64,000 nucleotides of DNA from an uncultured Thermoplasmatales archaeon (GTDB taxonomy: Archaea > Thermoplasmatota > E2 > DHVEG-1), in the NCBI GenBank assembly GCA_964615235.1, contig CAZTMK010000007.1, positions 22,630 to 86,629 on the forward strand, in the 5' to 3' direction. How positions within the stretch are numbered: position 1 is the first letter of the stretch; each line of letters begins with the position of its first letter. The notes under the pieces were generated by a model that saw nothing but the letters and a program-made list of their open reading frames with translations, was not told the DNA's origin and searched no databases. Positions 1 through 10,211 of this stretch are shown here, piece by piece. The translations under genes were made by a program, and so were the position numbers.

Positions 1-2859
1 ATTGACAATGAATCCTCATTTAGTAATATGACAAGCTGGATTAACAAAGCCTCTCCATATACTTTCACTCTCCCAGCAGGCGGAGATGGCATTAGAACTG
101 TTTATCTAAGGGTAAAAGACGATGCAGGAAATACAAAAACAACATCAGATACAATTACTCTTGATACCCAACCACCAAGTGATTTATCAATTTCAATTAA
201 CAATAATGCGTCTTATACAAACAGTACAAATGTCAGTTTATCCCTTTATGCAAGTGGAGGACCGACAAAGATGTATCTGCGAAATGGAACGGGTACATGG
301 CTTGAATATGATTATGATACTTCCATATATTGGAATCTTGTAGACAGTGATGGATCCAGAACTGTTTACTTTAAAGCAGCAGATGCCGCGGGCAATAATG
401 CTACTGCAGTTTCTGCATCCATTACTCTTGATACTACTCCCCCCTCTGCTGTAACACTTGTATCGCCATCGGCGGGGGCAACATTAAGTACACAATCCCC
501 TAGTTTTAATTGGACAAATACAAATCCGTCAGGAACTAAAAATTTCTACATAGAGATATTACAATCCGGAGTTGTCAAACAAAGTAGTTATGCAAATTCA
601 ACAACAACATCATATACTGCAGAAACTCTGGCTCCAGGTTCATATCAATGGCGCGTAACTGTTTACGATATGGCGAATAATTCTGCCACAACAAGTCAAC
701 GTTCGTTTACAATTTCAATATCTGGTCTGGCAATACCCTCTCCAACCTATCCTACAATTGGTGCACAAGTTAATTCCAGTGCGCCAAATATGATAAGATT
801 AAGATGGTCTCAGGTTTCTGGACAGGGTACAATATATTACGACTACAAGCATGGCAATTCATCTTCAAATTTAACTAATACTGGATCTACGACGAGCCTT
901 TATGCTGATATTTTAAGTGCCACATACTCGCATGGGGATCAGGTTTACTGGTCTGTTAGGGCTAGAAATACTAGTAATACTTCTTCTTATTCAACTGTGA
1001 GGTCATTTTTTGTTGATACAGAAGCACCAATTCTAAATTCGATTTTTATCAAAAGTAATGATACTTATACATCAACTAAGTCTGTGACTCTAACCCTTAG
1101 TGCAACTGGTGCGACATGGATGATGCTAAGTGAAAACTCAGATTTCAGTGGTGCAAGCTGGACGAGTTACAAAAGCTCGTCATCATTTACACTTTCTTCT
1201 GGAGATGGTACAAAAACAGTTTATTTCAAGGCAAAGGACAGTGCGGTGGGTGACCAAGGCTCGACAAGTTATGCAAATGTAAATTCCACTGCAAAAAGCG
1301 ATTCAATCGTACTTGATACTACCTCACCCTCCATAACAAGTCCGTTTCCATCTAGCTCAACAACTGAAACAAAACCGGAAATTAGTGCAAGTTACTCTGA
1401 CGCAGGTTCTGGAATAGATACATCAACTGTCTCAATATCTGTAGATGGAGTTGATCAAACATACAATGCAACGATTTCTATTGATGAAGTTTCATATATT
1501 CCATCCACCTCTTTAGGTACAGGAACTCATACAGTTAATGTTTCTGTTTCAGATGATCTATTGCATATTGGATATCTTGAATGGACCTTTACTATATCAA
1601 CTGGCGATGGTGGAGATGATGATGACGATGAAGAAGATCAAGGAGGTATGTTGCCACCTCCAACTAGTCCAGCAATTTCAATTTCTGAAATTAAACATAC
1701 ACCAACAACTGTGACAAGTTCTGTTGAAGTGAATTTTTCAGCAACTATAACTGCAACAAACGGAGTTTACAGAGCTCGTCTTTACTATAGTTACGAAGAG
1801 ACTTCAAAAAATGTTAAAATGAGCAATTCAAGTAATTCTTATTATGCAATAGTTGGTCCTTTTCCGGGCGGGGTAAAAGTTACTTATTGGATTCATGTTA
1901 CTGATAACAATGCATCTTATCTTGATTCGGATAAGTATAGTTTTACAGTTGTAGATACTTCAAAACCAAGTATATCTATTGTCTCACCAATTGGCGGGTC
2001 ATCTGTAACCGATAGGACACCAACGATTCAGGCGACCTTTAGTGATTCTGGGGGAATAGATTCTGATAGTATTTTGCTAACTGTAGATTCTGTGGATGTA
2101 ACCGCTCTATCTACAATTACATCATCATCAATTACTTATACGCCCGCAATCGAAATGACATTAGGTACACACACAGTAACTCTAGAATTATCTGATGTTG
2201 CAGGAAATACTCAAACAAAATCTTGGTCATTTTCAATAGTTCAAGAAGTAATCGGAATAACTGAAGTAATCGATGAATTGATATCTGGAACTCCCGAGAC
2301 AATAAATTTAACACAGCTCAATACAGCTCTTGATAGTATATCTGTTACAACCACAAAAAACCTTCAAAATGTTGCAGTTACTGTTCAAACATTATCTGAA
2401 ATTCCACAAGGAATAACACCACCGCCAAAGGAAGTATATCTTTATTTGGATTTGGAGATAAGTTCAGAAGAATCGGATTTATCATCTGTTAAATTATCTT
2501 TCAAAGTTGAACAATCATGGCTTAGTCAACATAATATTGACAAAGATAGCATTATTCTTTTAAGATATCATAACAACAGCTGGCAGGAACTTGCTACATC
2601 AAAGATAAATGAAGATGCAACATATGTTTATTACGAGGCAGAAACACAGGGATTATCAACATTTGCAATTGCTGGTAGTATAAAAATTACGCAAGACACG
2701 GGATTTCCATGGATTTTTGTAATAATTGGAATTGTTGTAGCTGCAATTGTTGTTCTTTTCTTCCTATTTAAAATGGGGTTTTTGTACATAGAAGATAAAC
2801 ACCAAAATAATAAAGACAATTTCAAAATAAAAAATAATAAGCAAAAGGGAAAAAAGTAA
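1..2859 (+). CDS. Large cell-surface protein, N-terminally truncated by the window edge. Tandem Ig-like domains, an acidic D/E linker, and a C-terminal TM anchor with a Lys-rich tail.
   Basis: The reading frame is open from base 1 and the first Met at 28 has no signal peptide, so the gene continues upstream. The junction motif '...AGN...ITLDTTPPS' recurs five or more times. There are many N-x-S/T sequons. A GDGGDDDDDEEDQGG linker is present. The C-terminus is a hydrophobic helix followed by KNNKQKGKK. Confidence 0.75.
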   Translation: MDNESSFSNMTSWINKASPYTFTLPAGGDGIRTVYLRVKDDAGNTKTTSDTITLDTQPPSDLSISINNNASYTNSTNVSLSLYASGGPTKMYLRNGTGTWLEYDYDTSIYWNLVDSDGSRTVYFKAADAAGNNATAVSASITLDTTPPSAVTLVSPSAGATLSTQSPSFNWTNTNPSGTKNFYIEILQSGVVKQSSYANSTTTSYTAETLAPGSYQWRVTVYDMANNSATTSQRSFTISISGLAIPSPTYPTIGAQVNSSAPNMIRLRWSQVSGQGTIYYDYKHGNSSSNLTNTGSTTSLYADILSATYSHGDQVYWSVRARNTSNTSSYSTVRSFFVDTEAPILNSIFIKSNDTYTSTKSVTLTLSATGATWMMLSENSDFSGASWTSYKSSSSFTLSSGDGTKTVYFKAKDSAVGDQGSTSYANVNSTAKSDSIVLDTTSPSITSPFPSSSTTETKPEISASYSDAGSGIDTSTVSISVDGVDQTYNATISIDEVSYIPSTSLGTGTHTVNVSVSDDLLHIGYLEWTFTISTGDGGDDDDDEEDQGGMLPPPTSPAISISEIKHTPTTVTSSVEVNFSATITATNGVYRARLYYSYEETSKNVKMSNSSNSYYAIVGPFPGGVKVTYWIHVTDNNASYLDSDKYSFTVVDTSKPSISIVSPIGGSSVTDRTPTIQATFSDSGGIDSDSILLTVDSVDVTALSTITSSSITYTPAIEMTLGTHTVTLELSDVAGNTQTKSWSFSIVQEVIGITEVIDELISGTPETINLTQLNTALDSISVTTTKNLQNVAVTVQTLSEIPQGITPPPKEVYLYLDLEISSEESDLSSVKLSFKVEQSWLSQHNIDKDSIILLRYHNNSWQELATSKINEDATYVYYEAETQGLSTFAIAGSIKITQDTGFPWIFVIIGIVVAAIVVLFFLFKMGFLYIEDKHQNNKDNFKIKNNKQKGKK

Positions 2860-2882
2860 TTTCCTTTTTTCTTTATTTTTTG
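2860..2882 (+). terminator. Oligo-T tract immediately after the surface-protein stop codon, a candidate archaeal intrinsic terminator.
   Basis: The sequence tttccttttttctttatttttt starts one base after the TAA stop. Confidence 0.35.
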
Positions 2883-3250
2883 GTAATATATGTTAAACAA
2901 AACTTATAAGAATAGAAGGAAGAAAATCATTTCTAAGGTGATTTTCGATTCTTCGCTTAAAAATTCTTGTTTACTTTCTTGGTCTAGGTTTTCTTGTTGC
3001 AAATAGTATTGTGTTATACATTACTTTTCTATGGGCTTATTTTTTTAATGATTTCGTCTTTTCTGCAAGTATAAACAAATTTGGTGAGGCCCATATTGAG
3101 CTCATAATACTACCATTGACTATTATAATTGGTATTTATGCAAGTTACAAAATGCTGAAATCAATGGTAGAGAAAGCGCAAATTCCTGCTTGATAGGACT
3201 TTTTGTAAATAAAATTTTATATACTGTTTATTTCTTAGCTAAAAGATGGT

Positions 3251-3256
3251 AGGAGG
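3251..3256 (+). promoter_or_regulatory. Shine-Dalgarno-like motif AGGAGG 9 nt upstream of the ATG at 3265.
   Basis: aggagg is seen directly. Similar GGAGG/AAGGAG motifs lie upstream of the starts at 13344 and 59021. Confidence 0.5.
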
Positions 3257-3264
3257 TTAGAATT

Positions 3265-3768
3265 ATGCAGGATTTTAATTTGGAATTAGTTGAAATTGAT
3301 AAACCAAATGACATGAATTTTATTCTCGGGCAAACCCATTTTATTAAATCTGTTGAAGATTTGTACGAGGCAATGGTAAATTCAGTTCCTACTGCAAAAT
3401 TTGGAATTGCATTTTGTGAAGCAAGCGGTGCGTGCAAGATTAGAGTTGAAGGAAATGATAATGAACTTAAAAAAATCGCCCAAAGAAATGCAAATTTAAT
3501 TGGTGCAGGCCACTCGTTTATTATCTTTATGAAGGACTGTTTTCCCCTAAATGTTTTGAATGCAATAAAAAATGTTCCTGAAGTGTGTAGTATTTTTTGT
3601 GCAACGGCAAATCCGACAAGAGTGGTAATTGCCCAATCCAAGATGGATAATGAAATTGGAAGAGGTATTTTGGGAGTAATTGATGGTTTCAAGCCAAAAG
3701 GTGTGGAAGATAAAGGGGAAATTAACTGGAGGAAAAATTTCCTAAGGGATATTGGTTACAAACGTTAA
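3265..3768 (+). CDS. Small conserved cytosolic protein that resembles the adenosine-specific-kinase family (PF04008-like).
   Basis: 167 aa. Conserved blocks GQTHFIKSVEDLYEAM, GIAFCEASG, GAGHSFIIFMKD and RGILGVIDG match my memory of the PF04008 family. Not verified by search. Confidence 0.4.
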   Translation: MQDFNLELVEIDKPNDMNFILGQTHFIKSVEDLYEAMVNSVPTAKFGIAFCEASGACKIRVEGNDNELKKIAQRNANLIGAGHSFIIFMKDCFPLNVLNAIKNVPEVCSIFCATANPTRVVIAQSKMDNEIGRGILGVIDGFKPKGVEDKGEINWRKNFLRDIGYKR

Positions 3769-4403
3769 AATCCGTACTTACCAACTAAAGGAACAAAGGA
3801 ACATCCACCGAGATCCTTTCTTTTAATGTTTCCTTTTTCTTTCTCAATTAAAATCAAATTGGAAAACATTCTTCCGACAGGAATCAGCATTTTTCCTCCG
3901 TCGATTAACTGATCAATCAAAGGTTGAGGAACATCCGGGGAGGCACAAGTTACATAAATTCTGTCGTATGGAGAGTATTCCTCTAGACCTAATGAACCGT
4001 CGCCTACTTTAACTATTACATTTTTAATTTTTATTTTTTTAAGATTATTTTTTGCAAATTCTGCTAAATTGCTAAATCTTTCAACGGTGTAAACGCAACC
4101 TTTTTTTCCCACTAATTCTGATACAATGGCTGAATGATAACCTGAGCCTGCACCTATCTCCAAAATTTTCTGATCTTTCTTAATATCTAGCCCCTCACAC
4201 ATAATTGCTACCATATGTGGTGCAGAAATTGTTTGACCATTTCCAATTTCTAAAGGCGTGTCTGCATAAGCCAAACGTTTTACACTTTCTGTTACAAAAT
4301 TTTCTCTGGGAATTTTTAAAAATGCCTTTTCAACAGATTTACTTTTAATGCGCCCTTCTCGTTTGAGTAACTCTACTAATTGCTTTCTTTTTTCCTCAAA
4401 CAT
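3765..4403 (-). CDS. pcm: Protein-L-isoaspartate O-methyltransferase.
   Basis: The QTISAPHMVA and LEIGAGSGY motifs, the 212-aa length and the overall PIMT architecture. Confidence 0.85.
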   Translation of the reverse strand: MFEEKRKQLVELLKREGRIKSKSVEKAFLKIPRENFVTESVKRLAYADTPLEIGNGQTISAPHMVAIMCEGLDIKKDQKILEIGAGSGYHSAIVSELVGKKGCVYTVERFSNLAEFAKNNLKKIKIKNVIVKVGDGSLGLEEYSPYDRIYVTCASPDVPQPLIDQLIDGGKMLIPVGRMFSNLILIEKEKGNIKRKDLGGCSFVPLVGKYGF

Positions 4404-4583
4404 ATAAATCTATAATATAATGAATATTGGTATATAGTTGTACATTTCTTGTATTTTTCCATTGAAAATGTATAAAATTGAATTTTTACCCTAGGGTGAT
4501 CATAATATTGTAAGACGACGTACATAAAAGTTCTGAAGATCAAAAGGTAAAAATCAGACGATAAAAAGGATGTTTAAAAAACC

Positions 4584-5153
4584 TCATTTCTTTTCTGATT
4601 TTTGTAACCCTATCCATCTAGGAGTTCTTTTAATGTATTCCTCATAATCTTTTCCGTAATGTCGTAAAGTTATTGCTTCTTCATAAGGAGACAAATAAGC
4701 CGAGATGAAGATAAACAAGACTGTTATCAGTAGATAAACCCAAGAAATAGAAGCAATAGCTATACCAAAATAGAGCAAAAACCAACCAATAAACATAGGA
4801 TTTCTTGAATAACGATAAATACCTTTAGTAACAGGTTTATTCATTGGAGTAGTGGCAAAATTTATCATTGTTATGGCAATCAAAACCAATCCAACTAAGT
4901 AAACAATCAATCCTACAGAAAACCAAATTGTTCCGAGTTTTAATGGCATAAAAATACTATAAATAAAGGATCCAAACATAGTTATAACCAGTAGATTTGA
5001 AAGAATTTTATCCCTCCTTTTTGATGGTGGGGCAGCTCCAGGCATCCTTTTAGAAAATAGAAATTTGACACCACAAATCCAAAAAACGATTAACGGGATT
5101 ATTAAAATCCAAGCATTCCATAAACCCAACTGGAAATCTGGTACAAGGGACAT
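4584..5153 (-). CDS. Membrane methyltransferase of the ICMT/PEMT-like family (isoprenylcysteine carboxyl methyltransferase-like).
   Basis: Four to five TM helices. TKGIYRYSRNPMF followed by a C-terminal EE...YG.DYEEY...P motif typical of ICMT/PEMT/NnrU-like enzymes. A paralog lies at 48864..49331. Confidence 0.55.
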   Translation of the reverse strand: MSLVPDFQLGLWNAWILIIPLIVFWICGVKFLFSKRMPGAAPPSKRRDKILSNLLVITMFGSFIYSIFMPLKLGTIWFSVGLIVYLVGLVLIAITMINFATTPMNKPVTKGIYRYSRNPMFIGWFLLYFGIAIASISWVYLLITVLFIFISAYLSPYEEAITLRHYGKDYEEYIKRTPRWIGLQKSEKK

Positions 5154-5321
5154 TTTCCAACCTCATTTTAAAATATGCAAGAGATATAAAGAGTTTCTTA
5201 AAAAAAACTCTTTAAGTCAATCAACATGATGTGATATAATATCTTTATTGATTGTTTTATTACAAAAAGAAACATTTAAGATTGAGATAATCATTAAATG
5301 TCTATAATTGGGAGAGGCAAT

Positions 5322-6104
5322 ATGAAAAATAAAATAGTTGTAATTGGAATCTGTTTTATTTTACTATCCATTGGATTTAGTGGATGTAATGAAAATGATT
5401 CAGAGATTATTGCAGAAGGAACATATAATTATGTTACTGTTGCTGTGTATGCAACGATAGAAATTACAAACGATGAATACGAGAAAATGACTCCTAATGT
5501 TACTATAAATGTTAATGGTCCAAAATCAACTAATAGTTTTCAATATTACCCTGGTGGCGGATTAACGTTTTGTGAATCCATCGTATTACATGAAAATGAA
5601 AACATTGTGCTTACCGGAATCCACTCTGATGAATTAGGTACCTTTTCTGATGGGGCAACATTGACTTTTGAACATGCAAGTCAAAAAGGACGGAGAAATT
5701 CATACTCTTGGAAAGCTACATTACGTATTACAGTACCGGGCGGTACACCAATTTCTGCCGAGTTACCATTAAACGTTACTGTTACAGCTGATGTTTATGT
5801 TTACCATCTCTATTGGAATAGTAGTAAATCGAATTATGATACTGTAACCAATATAGCAAACACGATAAGAATTGACATGATACCTTCAAATGGTGAAACT
5901 TTGACATTTTATAGAAATACAGTTGATGGATACGCATATGTACAAGCTGATTTTGTATTGGAGCGGGAAGAAAGTATTGCAGTGGAAGCAACCCATCAAG
6001 GCACAGGGGAATCTGATTTGAGGACATTTACTCATGATGGGACAAATATAGGCTATTTTGGACCGAAACTAAATATATATATCTACGAGAGTCAACCCTC
6101 GTAA
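5322..6104 (+). CDS. Secreted/lipoprotein-like hypothetical protein.
   Basis: GGGAGAGG Shine-Dalgarno before the ATG at 5322. The N-terminus MKNKIVVIGICFILLSIGFSGC is lipobox-like. No recognisable domain. The ORF track offers an earlier start at 5298. Confidence 0.5.
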   Translation: MKNKIVVIGICFILLSIGFSGCNENDSEIIAEGTYNYVTVAVYATIEITNDEYEKMTPNVTINVNGPKSTNSFQYYPGGGLTFCESIVLHENENIVLTGIHSDELGTFSDGATLTFEHASQKGRRNSYSWKATLRITVPGGTPISAELPLNVTVTADVYVYHLYWNSSKSNYDTVTNIANTIRIDMIPSNGETLTFYRNTVDGYAYVQADFVLEREESIAVEATHQGTGESDLRTFTHDGTNIGYFGPKLNIYIYESQPS

Positions 6105-6270
6105 ATGGATGGAGGAAAAATATGCCTAAGAAATTAATCTCCTCAACCAGTCATACTTTGGAGATATTATGATCGATATCTCCAATATTTGTCTCTTTTT
6201 TTAATTTTTTTATCATTTTTTAAAATTATTTTGTAGTTTTGTTTTTATAGTTAAAATCATTTTACTGCCA

Positions 6271-7215
6271 TTGCTTATGAAGAAAAAAGCAATTGTGGCC
6301 CTTGGCGGAAATGCGTTAATTAAAGAAGGCCAAGATGGAAATATTTATGATCAATTTCAAAATACCAGGCAAGTTTCTGCCTCTCTTGTAAAGATGATTA
6401 AAGATGGCTGGAATATTGTTGTAACTCATGGAAACGCCCCCCAGGTAGGAGCGATCCTGCTTCAAAATAATGTTGCTAGGGACGTTACCCCTCCTATGCC
6501 ATTAGGTATTTGTGTTGCGGAAAGCCAGGGTATGATTGGTTACATGATTCAACAATGTTTGGCAAATATTCTAAAAAAGACAGGAGTAAATCGCCCCGTT
6601 GTTGCGTTAATTACTCAAGCATTGGTGGATCAGAATGATCCTGCATTGAATAATCCCACCAAACCCATAGGTCCTTTTTATTCAGAACAAGAGGCAGAAC
6701 TACTTAAAAAAGATGGATATCAAGTTACAAAGCAGCACCGCGGGTGGCGCATTGTTGTTCCTTCTCCTGACCCAAAAGCTATTGTTGAAGGAGAAATTAT
6801 CAAAAAATTACTTGATGATGATGTAGTAGTAATTGCTTTAGGTGGAGGAGGAATGCCTGTTTTCGAGCAAGAAGGCTTGGGTCTAAATGGAATTGAGGCA
6901 GTAATTGATAAGGATCTTGCTTCAGAGCGTTTAGCAGAAGCAATAGATGCTGAATTATTTATGATTTTGACAAATGTTGAAAAGGTCTATCTAAACTACG
7001 ACACGCCAGATCAAAAGGCACTTGATAAAATAACATTGAACGAATTGAAAAAATATTATCAGGAAAACCATTTCCCGCCTGGAAGTATGGGTCCAAAGGT
7101 TTTAGCTGCAATTCGTTTTTTGGAAAGTGGTGGCAAAAAAGTAATAATTTCTCATGTTGAAAAAGGCTATGAAGCTTTGATGGGAAAAACTGGAACCCAC
7201 ATCTCTTTAAATTGA
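6271..7215 (+). CDS. arcC: Carbamate kinase.
   Basis: The KAIVALGGNAL, VVTHGNAPQVG and VIALGGGGMPV signatures. 314 aa. The first codon may be TTG at 6271 or the ATG at 6277. Confidence 0.85.
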   Translation: MLMKKKAIVALGGNALIKEGQDGNIYDQFQNTRQVSASLVKMIKDGWNIVVTHGNAPQVGAILLQNNVARDVTPPMPLGICVAESQGMIGYMIQQCLANILKKTGVNRPVVALITQALVDQNDPALNNPTKPIGPFYSEQEAELLKKDGYQVTKQHRGWRIVVPSPDPKAIVEGEIIKKLLDDDVVVIALGGGGMPVFEQEGLGLNGIEAVIDKDLASERLAEAIDAELFMILTNVEKVYLNYDTPDQKALDKITLNELKKYYQENHFPPGSMGPKVLAAIRFLESGGKKVIISHVEKGYEALMGKTGTHISLN

Positions 7216-7259
7216 ACAGTGTTTTTAATAAACCCCCGTTTATATCGGTGTTTTGACCC

Positions 7260-8375
7260 ATGGACACGGAATCCATAGAAAAACAAATCAAGGATATTGA
7301 AGATGAAATTTTTAATACCCAGAAAAATAAGGCTACAGAACACCATATTGGAAAATTGAAGGCAAAACTAGCACGTCTAAGAGCAGAAGTTGAAAGAAGA
7401 AAAAGCGCTGGAGGAAAAGGAAAAGGTTTTGCTGTAAAAAAAACTGGGGATGCCACTGTTGGACTAATTGGTTTCCCAAGTATTGGTAAAAGCACACTTA
7501 TCAATCAACTAACAGGGGCAAAAAGCCGGGTTGCTGCTTACGAATTTACTACTCTTGAAACGATTCCTGGTATGATGCGACACAATGGTGCAAACATACA
7601 AATCCTTGATTTACCTGGACTTATTTCAGGTGCAACTTACGGTAAAGGAAGAGGAAAGGAAATTTTGTCTGCTGTAAGAAGCGTCGATTTGATTCTTTTT
7701 ATGATTGATGCTCAGCATGACGACCATTTGGAGTTAATGGAGCACGAGCTTCATAGTGCAGGTATTAGATTGAATCAGTCAAAACCAGATGTTGTTATCA
7801 AGAGAACAAGCCAAGGGGGTCTAAACATCAATACAACAACAAAACTTACTCATCTTGACGAGGAATTGATTAAATCTATTTCATCAGAATACATAGTAAA
7901 TGCAGATATTGTTATTCGTGAGGATATAACTGAAGATCAGTTGATCGATGTTTTCATGCAGAATCGGGTATATGTTCCCGCAATTGTTGTTATTAATAAA
8001 ATCGATCTGATTACAGATGAAGAACTGAAAGAAAAAAGAAAAAATATTGAAGAAAAAGGTTGGAAAGTTGTTTCCATATCTGCTAAAGACAATATGGGTC
8101 TTGAAGTTTTGAGAGATGAAATTTTTTCAGCTTTGCAACTCATCAGAGTATATATGAAACCAGTCGGAAAAAAGCCTGATTATAATGAACCTTTAATTTT
8201 GAAAAGAGGGCAAAAAATTGAGGATGCATGTCGAAAACTTCATCGTGATTTTAAAAGAAAATTCAGGTTTGCGCACATTTGGGGAAAGTCGGCAAAGTAT
8301 CCTGGTCAAAAAGTGGGATTGGATCATGTTTTGGATGACAGGGATGTCTTAAGTATAATTATTACTCGTCAATAA
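7260..8375 (+). CDS. DRG-family (developmentally regulated) GTP-binding protein, Obg-like GTPase with a C-terminal TGS domain.
   Basis: A DRG-type N-terminal coiled region, the G1 motif GFPSIGKSTL, G3 DLPGL, G4 NKID and a TGS-like C-terminus. Confidence 0.85.
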   Translation: MDTESIEKQIKDIEDEIFNTQKNKATEHHIGKLKAKLARLRAEVERRKSAGGKGKGFAVKKTGDATVGLIGFPSIGKSTLINQLTGAKSRVAAYEFTTLETIPGMMRHNGANIQILDLPGLISGATYGKGRGKEILSAVRSVDLILFMIDAQHDDHLELMEHELHSAGIRLNQSKPDVVIKRTSQGGLNINTTTKLTHLDEELIKSISSEYIVNADIVIREDITEDQLIDVFMQNRVYVPAIVVINKIDLITDEELKEKRKNIEEKGWKVVSISAKDNMGLEVLRDEIFSALQLIRVYMKPVGKKPDYNEPLILKRGQKIEDACRKLHRDFKRKFRFAHIWGKSAKYPGQKVGLDHVLDDRDVLSIIITRQ

Positions 8376-8403
8376 TCTAAATTGAACACAATTATCTGAA
8401 AAA

Positions 8404-9360
8404 TTAATCCAATTTTTTTATCATCTCTTGAACATTTTTTACAATGTGTTTTTCATTTAAACCGTATTTTTCCAAAAGATCCTTTGGCGATCCACTTTCA
8501 CAAAATCTGTCCCTTACACCCATCCTCTTAAACTTCACATTTACATTATTTTCAGCCAGAGTTTCTGCAACTGCACTTCCCAATCCACCAATTACAGAAT
8601 GCTCTTCAGCAGTAATTATACAACCTGTTTCTTTAGCACATTTTAGTACAAGTTTTTCATCCAGGGGTTTGATAGTATGCATATCAATAACCCTAGATTT
8701 AATTCCATTCTTTTTCAGTTCCTTATGTGCATCAATTGCAGAGTCTACCATTGTTCCACATGCAATAATTGTAGCATCTTCACCATCCTCTGCAACCGTT
8801 CCTTTTCCGATTTGTATGGTTTCTACAATATCTCTAGAATAGAGAACAGGTGCATCCGCTCTACCAACTCTGGCATACATCGGACCTTTTTTAGCCGCCA
8901 TGAGTTCAACTATTTTTGAGGTTTGAGTAGAATCACTTGGGGCAAGAACGGTCATATTGGGAAGAACTCTCATAAGTGCTAAATCTTCAATCATCTGATG
9001 ACTTGCACCATCCTTTCCAACGCTGATGCCACCGTGTGTTGCAAAAATCTTTACATTTGCCTTAGAATACGCCAAATCCATACGAATCTGGTCATAAACC
9101 CTTCCAGTGGCAAACACGGCAAATGTGCTTGCAAATGCAATTTTACCACAAGATGCAAGTCCAGCAGCGGTTGATATCATATTTGCTTCAGCAATGCCCA
9201 TTTCAAAAAATCTTTCAGGATATTCTTTTGCAAACATTATTGTCTTTGTTGATTTTGATAAATCTGCGTCTAAAACAACTAAATTAGGATAAATTTTACC
9301 AAGTTTAACAAGGGTTTCTCCATAAGCAGTTCTGGGGTTTGCCATCAGCTTTGTGCTCAA
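8404..9360 (-). CDS. tktB: Transketolase, C-terminal (pyrimidine-binding plus C-terminal domain) subunit.
   Basis: Archaeal-style split transketolase. The stop overlaps the start of the upstream N-terminal subunit (9357..9360). Confidence 0.85.
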   Translation of the reverse strand: MSTKLMANPRTAYGETLVKLGKIYPNLVVLDADLSKSTKTIMFAKEYPERFFEMGIAEANMISTAAGLASCGKIAFASTFAVFATGRVYDQIRMDLAYSKANVKIFATHGGISVGKDGASHQMIEDLALMRVLPNMTVLAPSDSTQTSKIVELMAAKKGPMYARVGRADAPVLYSRDIVETIQIGKGTVAEDGEDATIIACGTMVDSAIDAHKELKKNGIKSRVIDMHTIKPLDEKLVLKCAKETGCIITAEEHSVIGGLGSAVAETLAENNVNVKFKRMGVRDRFCESGSPKDLLEKYGLNEKHIVKNVQEMIKKLD

Positions 9361-10211
9361 GAGCCCCCCTCCAGTTTTTTCCTAAGAATTTCGAGTTCCT
9401 CGGTTGCCATTTTGTATTCCATCTCGTTTGGAGGAACCCCATGGAAATCAACATTGTTTTCCATAAAAGAAACACCTTTTCCCTTTATGGTATTTAGAAT
9501 TATTAGAGTTGGTTGTCTATTGTGTTTTTCCGCCTCCTGCAATGCGCCAAGAATTTGGGTTATGTCGTGTCCATTGATTTCAATTACGTGCCAACCAAAA
9601 GCAGTCCATCTGTCACTAACGGATTCAAGTCTCATAACATCTTCTGTGTTACCATCAATTTGAAGAAAGTTTCTATCAAGAAGGGCAGTTAAATTATCAA
9701 GTTTGTAATGTGATGCAGAAGAAGCAGCCTCCCATATTTGACCCTCATCAGTTTCCCCGTCACCAACCATTACATAGACACGATAGGATTTTTGGTCAAG
9801 TTTGCCAGCCAGAGCAACTCCAGTTGCAAAGGAAAGACCATGTCCAAGAGAACCAGTGGATGCTTCAATTCCTGGAACACAAGTGCAAACCGGATGTCCT
9901 TGTAATTTGCAGTTAATCTCTCTTAAATTATTTAAATCTGAAATTGGAAAATATCCGGATTCAGCAAGGACTGCATAAAGCGCTGGTGCTGCATGACCTT
10001 TGCTTAAAACAAAGCGATCTCTATTGGGATCACAGGGTTTTTTTGGATTGTGGTTCATGTGACCAAAGTAAAGTGCAACTAGTGCATCGACAGCAGATAA
10101 AGACCCGCCAGGATGGCCAGATTTTGCCCTGTATAACATTTCAATTACATGTTTTCTGATAGTGACTGTCATCAATTCAAGTTTTTTGATCGTCGCTTGA
10201 TTGAGATCCAT
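9357..10211 (-). CDS. tktA: Transketolase, N-terminal (TPP-binding) subunit.
   Basis: SGHPGGSLSA, GSLGHGLS and GDGE..EG motifs of the transketolase PP domain. Confidence 0.85.
   Translation of the reverse strand: MDLNQATIKKLELMTVTIRKHVIEMLYRAKSGHPGGSLSAVDALVALYFGHMNHNPKKPCDPNRDRFVLSKGHAAPALYAVLAESGYFPISDLNNLREINCKLQGHPVCTCVPGIEASTGSLGHGLSFATGVALAGKLDQKSYRVYVMVGDGETDEGQIWEAASSASHYKLDNLTALLDRNFLQIDGNTEDVMRLESVSDRWTAFGWHVIEINGHDITQILGALQEAEKHNRQPTLIILNTIKGKGVSFMENNVDFHGVPPNEMEYKMATEELEILRKKLEGGS

Noticed and set aside
1606-1650. An acidic GDGGDDDDDEEDQGG run inside the first surface protein, considered as a possible repeat or slippage hotspot.
   Set aside because: It is a short in-frame low-complexity linker between Ig-like domains, with no frame disruption.
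3228-3692. A 154-aa minus-strand ORF overlapping almost all of the plus-strand gene at 3265..3768.
   Set aside because: The plus-strand product has conserved-family features and an AGGAGG Shine-Dalgarno. The minus ORF is hydrophobic low-complexity antisense read-through. Only one of the two can be real.
6959-7504. Antisense or alternative-frame ORFs longer than 60 aa inside well-supported genes. Examples are 122..343, 6959..7504, 8444..8842, 9412..9663, 11523..11843, 35198..35776, 37951..38258, 41273..41584 and 48454..48798.
   Set aside because: They lie wholly inside genes with strong motif support on the other strand or frame. Their products are low-complexity and lack start-site context. 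They are typical AT-rich-genome spurious ORFs.
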